Positions 1-12,414 of a stretch of DNA of 64,000 nt are shown piece after piece. The DNA is from Candidatus Poribacteria bacterium (GTDB taxonomy: Bacteria; Poribacteria; WGA-4E; WGA-3G). Location: contig OZ244048.1 of the NCBI GenBank assembly GCA_965215265.1, positions 4,320,001 through 4,384,000 on the forward strand, read 5' to 3'. Position 1 is the first letter of the stretch; each line of letters opens with the position of its first letter. Under the pieces are notes generated by a model that was not told the DNA's origin, did no database searches, and was given only the letters and a program-made list of their open reading frames with translations. The translations under genes and the position numbers were made by a program.

Positions 1-151
1 CACGCTATGGCACCGGGCTTGTCTATAGTAGAGTTGCGGCTAGATTCGGGAAGCACCGGATATCCTCAAGTACTTGCTCATCATCCCAAATTTTGTATTA
101 AATTCACGTTAATTGATGCCAGAGTTTGTAGGGACGAGATTACCTCTCCGA

Positions 152-1090
152 TTAGTAACCGAGTAGCGCGATACCTTCCCGATAAGTTTGCGCGGAATGT
201 TGTAAGGAGGCGAGTTCATCGTTCGTCAATTCAATTTCAACAATCTGCTCCACGCCGCTTGCACCGAGTTTAATAGGCACGCCGATGTACAGATCATCAA
301 TTCCGAATTGTCCAGTGAGATGTGCCGAACACGGCAGCAAGCGTTTCTTATCCAAAATAATTGCTTCCGCCATCTGTGCTAGTGAGGCCCCTGCGGCATA
401 ATATCCACTCGTCTTCAGCAGATTAACGATTTCAGCACCGCCATCGCGGGTGCGCTGTGCCATTGCCTCAATACGTTCTTCTGCTATTAACTGAGGAATC
501 GGAATCCCATTAACGGTCGTATAACGCGGTAACGGTACCATCGTGTCGCCGTGCCCGCCTAGCACAAGAGCGTGGATATCTTCCACGGATACGCCCAATT
601 CCAACGAGATAAAATAGCGGAACCGTGCTGAGTCCAGCACGCCTGCCTGCCCCACAACCCGATGCGATGGGAAACCGGAAACTTTCCATGCGTGATACGT
701 CATGATATCTAACGGATTCGTTAGCATCATAATGATGCAATCGGGTGAGTGCTTAACGACGTTTTCAGTGACGCTACCAACGATATTAGCATTGGTTTGT
801 AACAGATCTTCGCGTGTCATTCCCGGCTTACGTGGGGAGCCGGATGTTATAATGACTAAATCAGAATCTGCGGTTTCGGCGTAATCCAGGCTGCCATCAA
901 TTGCGGCATCAAACAGCTCTACAGGGGACATCTGCGCCATGTCCAGGGCTTTGCCTTGTGGAACTCCATCAACGATGTCGATCATAACAACATCTGCGAG
1001 TTGTTTTTGCGCGATGAGGAACGCCGCAGTCGCGCCGACGTTGCCTGCTCCAATCACACTAATTTTCTTTCTTGCCACGTTTTCCTCCAT
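152..1090 (-). CDS. mdh: Malate dehydrogenase (LDH-like, NAD-dependent)
   Basis: KISVIGAGNVGAT Rossmann motif, PRKPGMTREDL, NPLD, LDSARF, GGHGD; near icd. The true start may be the GTG at 1078, which follows GGAGG. Confidence 0.95.
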   Translation of the reverse strand: MEENVARKKISVIGAGNVGATAAFLIAQKQLADVVMIDIVDGVPQGKALDMAQMSPVELFDAAIDGSLDYAETADSDLVIITSGSPRKPGMTREDLLQTNANIVGSVTENVVKHSPDCIIMMLTNPLDIMTYHAWKVSGFPSHRVVGQAGVLDSARFRYFISLELGVSVEDIHALVLGGHGDTMVPLPRYTTVNGIPIPQLIAEERIEAMAQRTRDGGAEIVNLLKTSGYYAAGASLAQMAEAIILDKKRLLPCSAHLTGQFGIDDLYIGVPIKLGASGVEQIVEIELTNDELASLQHSAQTYREGIALLGY

Positions 1091-1096
1091 TTCAGA

Positions 1097-1262
1097 TTTT
1101 TCGTATACTGTAGTACCATCAAAAATGATGTACTACAACTCCCGTGTAAATCTTGTGGCAGGTTAGGTATTCTTGTCTCTCTTTTCAGGAGAGACAAGAT
1201 AACCTTATACCTGCCATCTATAGATCAGAGACTTCTTATGTTTAGTTTTTAGATTCAAAAGA
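1097..1262. repeat. Dispersed palindromic element (family 1), half copy with a nested family-2 REP-like hairpin
   Basis: TTTTCGTATACTGTAGTACCATC...GTGTAAATCT arm, then TGGCAGG...CCTGCCA hairpin (1156-1216), then a loop remnant ending TTTAGATTCAAAA; same layout as 59088-59242. Confidence 0.8.
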
Positions 1263-1269
1263 TGCTTGT

Positions 1270-1499
1270 AGTTCACGTATCAGTTCGCGGGCACTCTTAT
1301 TCGGTTCGTCATCAAGTTTCCGCCATAAATTTTGACTTACTGTTCCCAGTCTCTATTCCAAACTTATTAATCAGATATCCAAAATGTTCCTTTCGTGAAA
1401 GTGAACGAAGCTTTAAAAAATCGCATCCCCTCAGCTGTTGCAGAGAGTTCGCGAATTCTATCGTTCTTGAATAGACTCACAGCAGTGTTAAAATCCAAC
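1270..1499 (-). pseudogene. Degraded ORF downstream of the methyltransferase fragment (possible cognate endonuclease remnant)
   Basis: An ATG just after the MTase stop gives MLDFNTAVSLFKNDRIRELSATAEGMRF, then an apparent frameshift and stops; identity inferred from position only. Confidence 0.3.
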
Positions 1500-1503
1500 A
1501 TTC

Positions 1504-2008
1504 TCAATGACTTTCCGTCGGATATCGGGTCGTCCAACCATTTACATTGCTAAAGGTAGCTACGGTTTGGAGTCGGCACTTCTTACTTATCTCCTTTCCG
1601 TACAACAAAACGAAATCTGTTTTTAATCCACCTTTTCTATTATCCTGAAGAATCGATCCAGCAGAATATGCACTCGGATAACATCCAATATATGAAAGCC
1701 CCGTAGCCGCTTCCAATTCATGAAGGTTTTGCCAATGACAAGCAGATCTTGTATTAAAGACGATTGCCAAAAACCCATTTTTTTCTAAGACGCGGGCACA
1801 CTGGTAGAAGATCACCGCTAACTTTTTGTTATAAGCTTGGATATCTTTGCCACGTGCCTTCGCATTTAAAACAACAAGCTCGTCTGCGTAGTTGGAATTA
1901 AGCGATAATATGCTGTTCCACATCTCACTAAGCTCCAAATACGGAATCCTGTCTCCGTGAGGCGGATCTGTTAAAATAACTTTGATTGAGCCTGTTGGAA
2001 TCTCCGCA
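1504..2008 (-). pseudogene. C-terminal fragment of an amino-DNA methyltransferase
   Basis: The frame extends upstream of the ORF call as EIPTGSIKVILTDPPHGDRIPYLELSEMW (DPPH = motif IV-like); the 5' part is missing and the fragment begins at the hairpin at 2009-2070. Confidence 0.75.
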
Positions 2009-2070
2009 GTGGGTGGCAGGTAAAAGGTAATCTTCTCTCATGGACAGAGAAAGAATACCTATCCTGCCAC
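2009..2070. repeat. Family-2 REP-like long hairpin (GTGG/GTAG-led)
   Basis: GTGGGTGGCAGGTAAAAGGTAATCTTCTCT...AGAGAAAGAATACCTATCCTGCCAC; related copies near 1156, 25014, 31497, 37478, 59147 and 29754. Confidence 0.8.
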
Positions 2071-2086
2071 TTTTTTCCCTCCTTGG

Positions 2087-3331
2087 CTAAAAGCTTTCGA
2101 TAATCGCGCTACCAAATTCGGATGTGCGGACCTTCGTCGCATCTTCCATGAGCCGTTCCAAATCATACGTCACCCGTTTTTGAAGGATGGTTTTCTCAAG
2201 GCCAGCGATAATAAGGTTGGCGGCTTCTTGCCACCCTATATGCTCAAGCATCATCACTGCAGAAAGAATGAGAGAACTCGGATTGACTACATCTTGATCT
2301 GCGTATTTGGGTGCGGTGCCGTGTGTCGCTTCAAATAGTGCCACTTCGTCATTCAAGTTCCCGCCAGGTGCCATGCCGATTCCTCCAACTTGTGCAGCAG
2401 CGGCATCAGACAGATAGTCCCCGTTCAGGTTAGGTGTAACGATGACATCGTATTCGTCGGTACGCGTCAAAATCTGCTGCAACATGCTATCAGCGATACG
2501 GTCATTGATGACAATTTTGCCGTCTGGAACTTTTCCATCAAAATTGCTATAGAGTTCATCTTCCGTGATGGTTTTGTCTGCAAATTCTTCTTTGGCGAGC
2601 TCGTATCCCCAGGTGCAGAAGGCACCTTCGGTGAATTTCATGATGTTGCCTTTGTGGACAAAGGTGACGCTCCGACGGTTGTGTTCAATTGCATATTGGA
2701 TGGCCATACGTGCAAGGCGTTTCGTACCAAAGATGCTAATCGGTTTCACACCGACTCCAGAGTCTTCACGGACAGCCACACCCATTTCAGTGCTGAGCAA
2801 TTCAATAAACTTTTTGGCTTCAGGTGTTCCTTGTTCCCATTCAATGCCTGCATAAACGTCCTCAGTATTCTCTCGAAATATGACGACATCCATCTTTTCA
2901 GGATGAGTGACAGGTGCTGGTACGCCTCGGAAATATCGGACGGGCCGGACGCATGCGTAAAGTTCAAGCACTTGGCGCAAGGTTACGTTTAGGCTGCGAA
3001 ATCCACCACCAACGGGTGTTGTCAAAGGTCCTTTCAAAGCGACGCGAAAATATTGAATTGCGTCGAAAGTATCTTGTGGCAGCCACTCGTTGTACTTCTC
3101 TATAGCGTTTTCGCCGGCGTAGACATCAAACCAGACGATCTGTTTTTCGCCACCATAAGCGTTTTGGATGGCGGCATCAACAACACGACGGGTAGTTTTC
3201 ATGATGTCTCTACCGATGCCGTCGCCTTCAATGACAGGAATAATCGGTTTGTGTGGGACAATCCGCTGTCCGTTGTCAATTTCAATTCTTTTGCCTTTTG
3301 TAGGGACTCTTAATTGCTCCAGTTCAATCAC
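2087..3331 (-). CDS. icd: Isocitrate dehydrogenase (NADP, prokaryotic type I)
   Basis: [58 protein letters not shown]. Confidence 0.97.
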   Translation of the reverse strand: MIELEQLRVPTKGKRIEIDNGQRIVPHKPIIPVIEGDGIGRDIMKTTRRVVDAAIQNAYGGEKQIVWFDVYAGENAIEKYNEWLPQDTFDAIQYFRVALKGPLTTPVGGGFRSLNVTLRQVLELYACVRPVRYFRGVPAPVTHPEKMDVVIFRENTEDVYAGIEWEQGTPEAKKFIELLSTEMGVAVREDSGVGVKPISIFGTKRLARMAIQYAIEHNRRSVTFVHKGNIMKFTEGAFCTWGYELAKEEFADKTITEDELYSNFDGKVPDGKIVINDRIADSMLQQILTRTDEYDVIVTPNLNGDYLSDAAAAQVGGIGMAPGGNLNDEVALFEATHGTAPKYADQDVVNPSSLILSAVMMLEHIGWQEAANLIIAGLEKTILQKRVTYDLERLMEDATKVRTSEFGSAIIESF

Positions 3332-3450
3332 GGGTGTTCCTCTCTAATATTCTGCTTCAAACTATGGGTGTGATGTTTCGCCGTTAAGCCTGGCGAGCGA
3401 TTTGAATCAAAGTTGTCTTTCTCATCCTGGCGAATAAGAGTATATCTACT

Positions 3451-3534
3451 TTTTCGTATATCTCCGTACCATCAACGTCTATGTTTTGACAACTCGTGTG
3501 TAAATCTCGTCGGAGATTCCTTAGGTTATGATTC
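3451..3534. repeat. Family-1 element, half copy
   Basis: TTTTCGTATATCTCCGTACCATCAACG...CTCGTGTGTAAATCTCGTCGGAG...TTATGATTC, stopping at the central GATTC. Confidence 0.85.
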
Positions 3535-3539
3535 CTCAA

Positions 3540-5096
3540 TTAACCAAACGCGTTAGCTCCTGCCAAGCGGTTGTGTAGGTTAACCACCTCGTTCGTGATA
3601 GTCATATCATCGGTAGCTGCGGGAATGATGTCCGGGTGTGGTGGTATGACCGGTCTGATAATTTTCAGTTGGAGTTGTTCGCGCGCGTCCATCATCCAGC
3701 CAAAACCGCGGAAGATATAGGTAAGTAAGGTCCGGTCAGTTTCATAGATGTCTAATCCCTCTTGTACTGTCCATCCCCCGAAGTCCGTATTAGGCGTGAC
3801 TCGGAGCGGCGGGTCGTTTTCTCTTCCGGGACGAATGATGCCTTGAATGAAAGCGAGCTGGTAAATTCGCTGCATAATCCCTAACCGTTTTTTCTGTCTG
3901 TCGCTGAGTTGGATATCACCGTTATCAATTGCTTCAAGGAGGGGATTCAGATAGATAGCTGGCCTCGGGTCTTGTTGGATTTCATCTGCGCGTCCAGCTG
4001 CGGCGATTTCAGGGTGCCCAAAGGTTGGAAGTGCAACGAGCATCCGTGCCTGAATCGCTTCATCCAATTGAGCAGGATTTAGCGATTCGAGTTGATTCAT
4101 AAATGCAGTCATATCATGAATCGCGCCGAAATGCCTATCTCCATCAAGCGTCATCTGTGAAGCAACGAAGAAATCAGAGACAGCACCGGTATGCAAAGTA
4201 GCAAGGTAGCGTGCGACAACGTTGGATCCGGCGGAGCCGTGGTGTGTCTGTATGATACCCATTCGCTCTAAAATCTTTGCTTCAACAGGATTTGCCTCTC
4301 TTCCTAAGAGGAGACTGTAGGAAGTCTGAAAGGCAGTCTTGCCATTTTTTTGGTGTGCAACGATAAGGTCATTTGCACGCATTGCTAGCACTTGTGGATG
4401 TAGAGCGGGGTTGCTCCGGAGTTGGTGTCGCATGTAGACAGAGACTGTCCCCAAGGCGACATTTTCCATGTGTGTTCCAATAAGTTCAAAAAGCAGCGCA
4501 CCGGAGGTTCTTGTTCCGTTGATTCCTCTCTGCTGGGGGGCACTGAGTTTACGGAGGGTTGAGAAGTGTTGGATGACTGTTTCAGGACCGGCTTCTGGAA
4601 AGGCTTTTACGAATTCAGCAACTTGATTGATGAGTCGCTGTTTACCGTTGACACTATCTCTGCGAATGTCAGTAAACCTATAAAATTTCTTATCTATTAA
4701 TTCTGATAAAATGGATTCTTCATCTACATCGTTAGCAGTCTTTTCAGGTTTTTTGCCGAAGAGCCCCGCAAAAATGACAAACGCTGGACTGAGCTGGTTG
4801 GCGACGATCTCACTTTCCAAAACAGTCCCGCGAATCGTAAAACTACGGATATTCAGCGTGATTTCTGCGTCACCGCACTTAACGGCTGCCTTGTGCAAGG
4901 CAGGATTCGCAAAAACGGTTGTGGATTGTGGCATTGAACTGAAACTAGTCAGCACTGCTGCAATCTGTTCCTCGCCTAATTCTGTCGCTCTGTTCAGGGA
5001 CTCTGTAACGGGGGTGTACGCTGAAGCTTCAGGTAACTCGGACAGGATTTTTCTCACCGTGGTTACCTTTTTCGCCTCTAAGTTCTTATTCAACAT
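3540..5096 (-). CDS. Divergent citrate synthase / citryl-CoA lyase family protein
   Basis: THHGSAGSN, RHFGA, PTFGHP, DPR and TPNTDF match the order of citrate synthase DHx, HGGA, GFGH, DPR and PNVDF; co-oriented upstream of icd and mdh. Confidence 0.65.
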   Translation of the reverse strand: MLNKNLEAKKVTTVRKILSELPEASAYTPVTESLNRATELGEEQIAAVLTSFSSMPQSTTVFANPALHKAAVKCGDAEITLNIRSFTIRGTVLESEIVANQLSPAFVIFAGLFGKKPEKTANDVDEESILSELIDKKFYRFTDIRRDSVNGKQRLINQVAEFVKAFPEAGPETVIQHFSTLRKLSAPQQRGINGTRTSGALLFELIGTHMENVALGTVSVYMRHQLRSNPALHPQVLAMRANDLIVAHQKNGKTAFQTSYSLLLGREANPVEAKILERMGIIQTHHGSAGSNVVARYLATLHTGAVSDFFVASQMTLDGDRHFGAIHDMTAFMNQLESLNPAQLDEAIQARMLVALPTFGHPEIAAAGRADEIQQDPRPAIYLNPLLEAIDNGDIQLSDRQKKRLGIMQRIYQLAFIQGIIRPGRENDPPLRVTPNTDFGGWTVQEGLDIYETDRTLLTYIFRGFGWMMDAREQLQLKIIRPVIPPHPDIIPAATDDMTITNEVVNLHNRLAGANAFG

Positions 5097-5539
5097 GGAA
5101 TCTCCTTCATTGAAAATTTGGTTAGTCCGAATCTATACAAGGACTTTTCTCTGGTGTGCGTGTGCAGTGTGCCTACGGCGCGTGAGGTTCTGATATTCCG
5201 TGTTAAGAAAGTTTGCAGACTTACCATTATTAATGCTTAAATATTTTAACAAAAATTAAATCGAAAGTCAACATAAAAGTTTTTAGTAAGTGAGTTATTT
5301 GTGCAACTAAAATCTGCGATGTGTCTTGTCCACAGTCGCATCCTTGTTTTTTTTCGCGCCTTTCGATATTGAAATTGAAAATTTATTTGCAGAAATTGGA
5401 AATTTGTAGTATCATTTTAAAGAAGGATATTTGATTAAAGGTACTGCGTTTGTCCTTAGGACAGCCCTCTACCCATATCAGAGGTGAGTTGTACGGTGCC
5501 TAGTATTTATTTTTTTGAGATTGATAAGGAGTTAGCAAT

Positions 5540-5824
5540 ATGCGCAATGAAGCATTAGGAATGGTTGAAACCCGCGGACTGATTGGGGCAATTGAAGCCG
5601 CTGACACAATGGTAAAAGCCGCCAACGTGAAATTGATTGGCAAGGAACAGGTAGGTGGTGGTTTTGTCACCGTCATGGTTCGTGGGGATGTCGGGGCGGT
5701 GCAAGCTGCTACAGAAGCAGGCGCGGAAGCGGCAAAATCGGTCGGTGAATTGGTGTCGGTCCATGTCATCCCCCGCCCGCATTCAGATGTGGAAACCATT
5801 CTCGGTGGCACTTCGGAGGAGTAA
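5540..5824 (+). CDS. Bacterial microcompartment shell hexamer protein (BMC-H, EutM/PduA-like)
   Basis: [26 protein letters not shown]...VRGDVGAV...HVIPRPH; AAGGAG RBS. Confidence 0.97.
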   Translation: MRNEALGMVETRGLIGAIEAADTMVKAANVKLIGKEQVGGGFVTVMVRGDVGAVQAATEAGAEAAKSVGELVSVHVIPRPHSDVETILGGTSEE

Positions 5825-5956
5825 TTTGAATCGGGCAAGCTTCGGATGCCTCTTGATGCAATGCTGCATGGGTGAAATTTTCGTCAGAGGCTTCTGAGGC
5901 TCCACGCCGGATGAAAACAGAAAAAAAACGCTTCTACCGGAATTTTGGAGGGTTGA

Positions 5957-7396
5957 ATGACACAAATTGACGAGAAACAGATTGAAGAAATTGTTTCACA
6001 AATCTTAACGACGCTGCAACAAGATGGAACTCTCCCTACGGAATCTGGAACACCAAAAAGTGTTAGCACTGCGAGTTCTTCTTCACGCTCGGGGGTCTTC
6101 GCAACGGTAGATGAGGCTATTTCTGCTGCGAAAGAAGCACAAGCAGCCTTAGTCGCGCTTGGATTCGCTAAACGCCGAGAACTGATTGAGGCGATTAAAC
6201 AGGCATCGCTTGACAATGCAAGCCGACTTGCAGAATTTGCCGTACAAGAGACAAAAATGGGCAATCCCCAACACAAAGTGATGAAAAATGAAGGGGCTGT
6301 CACACTATCACCAGGGGTTGAGGATTTGCAATCAGAGGCCGTAACTGGCGATGCGGGGACGCTCTTGATTGAGTACGTCCCGTTCGGGGTTATTAATTCT
6401 ATTACACCCACGACAAATCCTACTTCGACAGTGATTAACCACGCCATTATCATGCTCGCAGCAGGCAACGCCGTTGTGTTTAGCCCGCACCCCAATGCAC
6501 GCGAATGCACCGAAGAGACGATGCATGTTATCAATGAAGCCATTGTGAAAACTGGCGGACCTGCAAATCTATTGACTTCCGTTGTTAATGCCAATCTGCG
6601 AACAGCTAAACAGATTATGGAGCATCATGATATTGCTATGCTCGTCGCAACCGGGGGTCAGAGCGTTGTCAGGGCGGCATTATCAAGCGGGAAGAAGGCG
6701 ATCGCGGCAGGCCCGGGCAATCCACCTGCGATTATTGACGAAACCGCCGACGTTCCGCAAGCCGCCAAGCACGTTATTGCTGGCACCAGTTTTGACAACA
6801 ACCTACTTTGCATTGGCGAAAAAGCACTTTTTGTGATTGAATCGGTAGCGAATGAAACGGTTCGAGAATTAACACGGAACGGTGGGCACCTTCTGGGCGC
6901 GAGTCAACTTGAAGCATTGGAAGCCGTTGTTAACGTGAATGGGGAAGCAAACAAGGAATACATTGGCAAAGACGCAAAGCAGATTCTAGATGCAGCGGGT
7001 ATTACGGCACCTACCCAGACTGTTGCTGTTGTGGTGGAAGTTCCTGCCGACCATGGGTTTGTGCTTAATGAGTACTTGATGCCAATTTTACCGGTGGTTC
7101 GATGCCGGGATTTTGGCGAAGCGCTCAAGGGTGCTGTTACAGCAGAAGGAGGACGGCGGCATACTGCCGTACTCCATACTAACAACACTGAACGTATCAC
7201 ACAGTTTGCAAAGGCGACAGATTGTAACGTTGTCGTTATCAATGCCCCTTCTTACGCCTGTTGTGGGCTGGAAGGCGAAGGATTTTTGGCTATGACTATC
7301 GCCGGACCCACAGGCGAAGGATTTACTCGACCGCGCACCTTTACACGCCAGAGACGGCTAACGCTTGCAAATAATTTGTCGGTACATACATTGTAA
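5957..7396 (+). CDS. CoA-acylating aldehyde dehydrogenase (EutE/PduP-like) with N-terminal encapsulation peptide
   Basis: PFGVINSITPTTNP, ATGG, AGPGNPP, FDNNLLCIGEK (catalytic Cys), GPTGEG; the N-terminus IDEKQIEEIVSQILTTL is followed by a low-complexity linker. Confidence 0.93.
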   Translation: MTQIDEKQIEEIVSQILTTLQQDGTLPTESGTPKSVSTASSSSRSGVFATVDEAISAAKEAQAALVALGFAKRRELIEAIKQASLDNASRLAEFAVQETKMGNPQHKVMKNEGAVTLSPGVEDLQSEAVTGDAGTLLIEYVPFGVINSITPTTNPTSTVINHAIIMLAAGNAVVFSPHPNARECTEETMHVINEAIVKTGGPANLLTSVVNANLRTAKQIMEHHDIAMLVATGGQSVVRAALSSGKKAIAAGPGNPPAIIDETADVPQAAKHVIAGTSFDNNLLCIGEKALFVIESVANETVRELTRNGGHLLGASQLEALEAVVNVNGEANKEYIGKDAKQILDAAGITAPTQTVAVVVEVPADHGFVLNEYLMPILPVVRCRDFGEALKGAVTAEGGRRHTAVLHTNNTERITQFAKATDCNVVVINAPSYACCGLEGEGFLAMTIAGPTGEGFTRPRTFTRQRRLTLANNLSVHTL

Positions 7397-7425
7397 AAAC
7401 AGAACCACATCTTCCACTATATTAC

Positions 7426-7455
7426 CGTAGGGTGAGTCTTGTATCTTGCCCTACG
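7426..7455. repeat. Short GTAG-type REP-like hairpin
   Basis: CGTAGGGTGAG...CTTGCCCTACG; similar hairpins at 12144-12175 and 13720-13747. Confidence 0.6.
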
Positions 7456-7515
7456 TCCTACACTTACTGTGACGTAAATCCATTGAATTGTCCCTACCTT
7501 CTTTTACGAGACTAA

Positions 7516-9552
<2,037 letters not shown>

Positions 9553-9648
9553 CCTGCTGTCAGTTGTCTATATCTGTCTATCATGCTCATATCCTATTTT
9601 TCATCAGGCTGAATCTTCACATTACCGCACCGCGCTTGTAGAGGAAAG

Positions 9649-10032
9649 TTGATGACATTAACAAAAGAATCAATTACAGACATCCTTTTAGAAAAATCTG
9701 ACTATCTTGTCTCAGCGTATCATATTAGGCGGATTGGCTTATTCGGCTCTTATGCCAAAGGCGTATCTACTGAATTTAGTGACGTTGATATCATTGTTGA
9801 ATTTGAAAAACCGTTAGGTTTTAAGTTCATGGAACTCGCCGACTATCTTGAAGAGCTCCTTGGGAAACCGGTGGATCGTCTCACCGAGGGTGCGCTTCAA
9901 GCTATTCGATATCCACACATTGCTCAATCAATTAGGGAGAGTATCATCTATGTCGAAAAGAACGAACCATGTACGATGCGTATGATGAGTGGGAGACATA
10001 TGTGGTGTGGTAGTAGCGGTGGTAATTATTAA
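9649..10032 (+). CDS. Minimal nucleotidyltransferase (MNT, antitoxin-like); HEPN partner apparently lost
   Basis: IGLFGSYAKG...SDVDIIVEF, LEELLGKPVD; ends in IIYVE overlapping ATGTCGAAAAGA (MSKR), then unrelated sequence. Confidence 0.8.
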   Translation: MMTLTKESITDILLEKSDYLVSAYHIRRIGLFGSYAKGVSTEFSDVDIIVEFEKPLGFKFMELADYLEELLGKPVDRLTEGALQAIRYPHIAQSIRESIIYVEKNEPCTMRMMSGRHMWCGSSGGNY

Positions 10033-10120
10033 GAAATCCGCTCCTGCCGACTTTTAGAAACTATCCACCTCTCAGTTTCCTAAGGAACAATTTATTTCTA
10101 TAACTTGTTCCATTATTTCT

Positions 10121-10152
10121 CGTTAAATCGGCAGAGCTCTGCCGATTTAACG
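10121..10152. repeat. Perfect 32-bp palindrome
   Basis: CGTTAAATCGGCAGAGCTCTGCCGATTTAACG. Confidence 0.85.
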
Positions 10153-10768
10153 CAATTTTCTGAAACGGGCACGAAGACGGATACTAATATGAAAGCTAAA
10201 AATCTCTCTGAGCGTATTTCTAACTGCTTTTTTGACTGGTTAGCGTTTCTTGTGGAGTTTTTTATTTCTATATTTTGAGTTGAGGTCTCCGCATTGGTGC
10301 GCGGTTGCGTTTAAAAGGATACATTTTTTCAGGATTAAATCTCCTATTAGCGTTCTATTCCACTTATGGTTTAGTTAAATGAGGGTGTTTCATAACCAGC
10401 GGTTGGAAAATGTTAGGTTAATCCATGAATTAAAATCGCCAATTTGCTGAATTTCTCCCCATACATTTTCTTTTCCTCCGGCCCCCACCGGAGGATTCTT
10501 TTTTAATTTCCCCTTGTCTCCACTTGATATAACTTCCCCTAAACAGATCGTCCGATCTTCATTTCTGCTTGTCGCTTGCAAACGTATCTTGCGAAACCCG
10601 CACAATTTTGATAAATTCTCGTGCCTCACTGAGAATTTTGCCAACTCCTTCCAGATATCCCTAATATTTTTTCAATTTTTCTGAAGAAAAGCAGAAATTT
10701 TCTGCACTTTTCTGAACCTTTTATCGATAATCCGCCCTCTTGTTATCAAATTCAATCGGATTATCGAG

Positions 10769-11260
10769 ATGCATGACGATACAGGAACGCTACGAAGCGA
10801 TGAAGAATTGATTCAACAACTGCAAGCTGGAGATACGAACGTTCTCGGTGAACTGATGAACTGTTACAATCCACAGATATGGGGCATGATTCTCAGCCAA
10901 TCGCGGCGATACAACCGCGAGGATGCAGAAGAGATTCTCCAAAATACGTGGATTGCGGTGTGGAAATACATCGGCAGCTTGCGTGAAGTGAGCAACTTCA
11001 GACCGTGGTTGTAGAAAATTGCCGCCAACGAGTGTACGCGGTATTACAAGACTGCATACCACTCCAAAAGATTGCGGCAGCGTCACACGAATGGACAAGT
11101 CGCGGCAGTGTTTGAGGTAGTCCAAGAGATGGCATCTATTTACGTAGAGGGTGGTTGAGTTGTGAACACAAGGATTTACGGCAACTGAGACGGCAAAGGC
11201 ACGGTGAAGTCTTGGCGTGCTAAGATACGGAAGGAGTGCCGCGCACGTTTGGGTGTGTCG
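10769..11260 (+). pseudogene. ECF sigma factor pseudogene
   Basis: SDEELIQQLQAGD, DAEEILQNTWIAVW, FRPWL*KIAANEC (in-frame TAG at 11012-11014); degraded region-4-like GTVKSWRAKIR near 11200. Confidence 0.75.
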
Positions 11261-11344
11261 CGTCCCTGAAAAACCAGAAATGCTGCGATTCAACCTATTT
11301 ATTGTTGTTTACTTTTATTTTTCTTGACAACTGTTTAAGGAGGA

Positions 11345-11837
11345 ATGTATAATGTTTTCACGGTTTTAATTGTTTTGCTAATAGCGTCTCTACTTCTTGG
11401 GGTAGCTGCTCCTACACAACCTGCAGATGCACAAGCACAAGGATGGGGCGAGGCCGGCAAGTGGCTATGGAGAGGCATAAAGTGGATTGGTGCTGTCATC
11501 GCGGCTAAGGAAATTGAAGATGCTTGGGATGGTGACGATGGCTGTTACGATTCTTGTAGTTGCTGGTTATGCGTCAGATGCTTTTATTTCGGAGACGAGT
11601 GACGATAGCTGTTACGATTCTTGTAGTTGTAGTCCGTCTAGCCCCTGTCATTCAGGATGTGATTGTGAGGAGTCTTATTCCTACACTTGTAATGATTGCG
11701 GTTATAACTGGTCAGGAACGGACTACGATGAATATATGGAGGTTTCTGGTAATCATTCTTGTACTGAAAGTGATTATTCAGATTGGTGCACTTTCTGCGA
11801 GGAAGAGCATTATAACTGTGGTGGGTATGGATGGTGA
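11345..11837 (+). pseudogene. Secreted Cys-rich acidic small protein, frameshifted within a 67-bp-period duplication
   Basis: AAGGAGG RBS, signal peptide, Trp-rich amphipathic segment, Cys-rich C-terminus in a second frame (11487..11837 ORF); removing 67 bp (or 1 bp) joins the two frames. Confidence 0.65.
11532..11629. repeat. 31-bp direct repeat (1 mismatch) flanking a 36-bp unique segment
   Basis: GTGACGAT(G/A)GCTGTTACGATTCTTGTAGTTG at 11532-11562 and 11599-11629. Confidence 0.85.
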
Positions 11838-11840
11838 TCT

Positions 11841-12137
11841 ATGAGATGGTCTTTAACTCTGATTCTTGCTATAGTCTTTGTAATTGGTTTTCTTTTAAGC
11901 CAGTTCACCGATCGTTTTTTTGACAAGTCTATGAGATGGTCTTCAAGATCAAGCCTGATTCTGGCTATACTCTATGTAATTGGTTTTCTTTTAGTCCGGT
12001 TCACCGATCTTTCTTTGTATTGGTTTATTCTACTTGGACTCGTTTGTGCCGGAATAGATATACTGCTAGGTTGGAAACAGGAACACCGGAAGAAGCCCTT
12101 TGACAAGATTCAGCGTGGAGACTTGGATCGTCTCTAA
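11841..12137 (+). CDS. Small membrane protein with an internal duplication
   Basis: MRWS...LILAI.(F/Y)VIGFLL..FTD occurs twice; about three hydrophobic segments; starts 3 bp after the Cys-rich gene. Confidence 0.6.
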   Translation: MRWSLTLILAIVFVIGFLLSQFTDRFFDKSMRWSSRSSLILAILYVIGFLLVRFTDLSLYWFILLGLVCAGIDILLGWKQEHRKKPFDKIQRGDLDRL

Positions 12138-12143
12138 TCTATA

Positions 12144-12175
12144 GTAGGGGACAGGTTCCAAAAACCTGTCCCTAC
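12144..12175. repeat. GTAG-type REP-like hairpin / possible terminator
   Basis: GTAGGGGACAGGTT-CCAAA-AACCTGTCCCTAC. Confidence 0.7.
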
Positions 12176-12414
12176 CGGCACGCTCACATGTCCGCCAATT
12201 GACAAGCCTGTCTATAACTGATAACACGGAGATTTTATTATGTTTACACGCAAACAATTTGTCGCATTAAGTTGTGGTTTCCTACTTCTCGGGAGTGTTG
12301 CACTCTATTTATATCAACAGAATACTCCGGTCCCCGAACCTATTAAGGTTTAAAAAGTCACAAAGCCAACTCAAAGGGCAGCAACCTCTGTGAGAGCACC
12401 CATCCCTGAACACA

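Noticed and set aside
11841-12010. Duplication in the small membrane protein gene as another spacer event
   Set aside because: It is in-frame and diverged with a 90-96-bp period; an ordinary internal gene duplication
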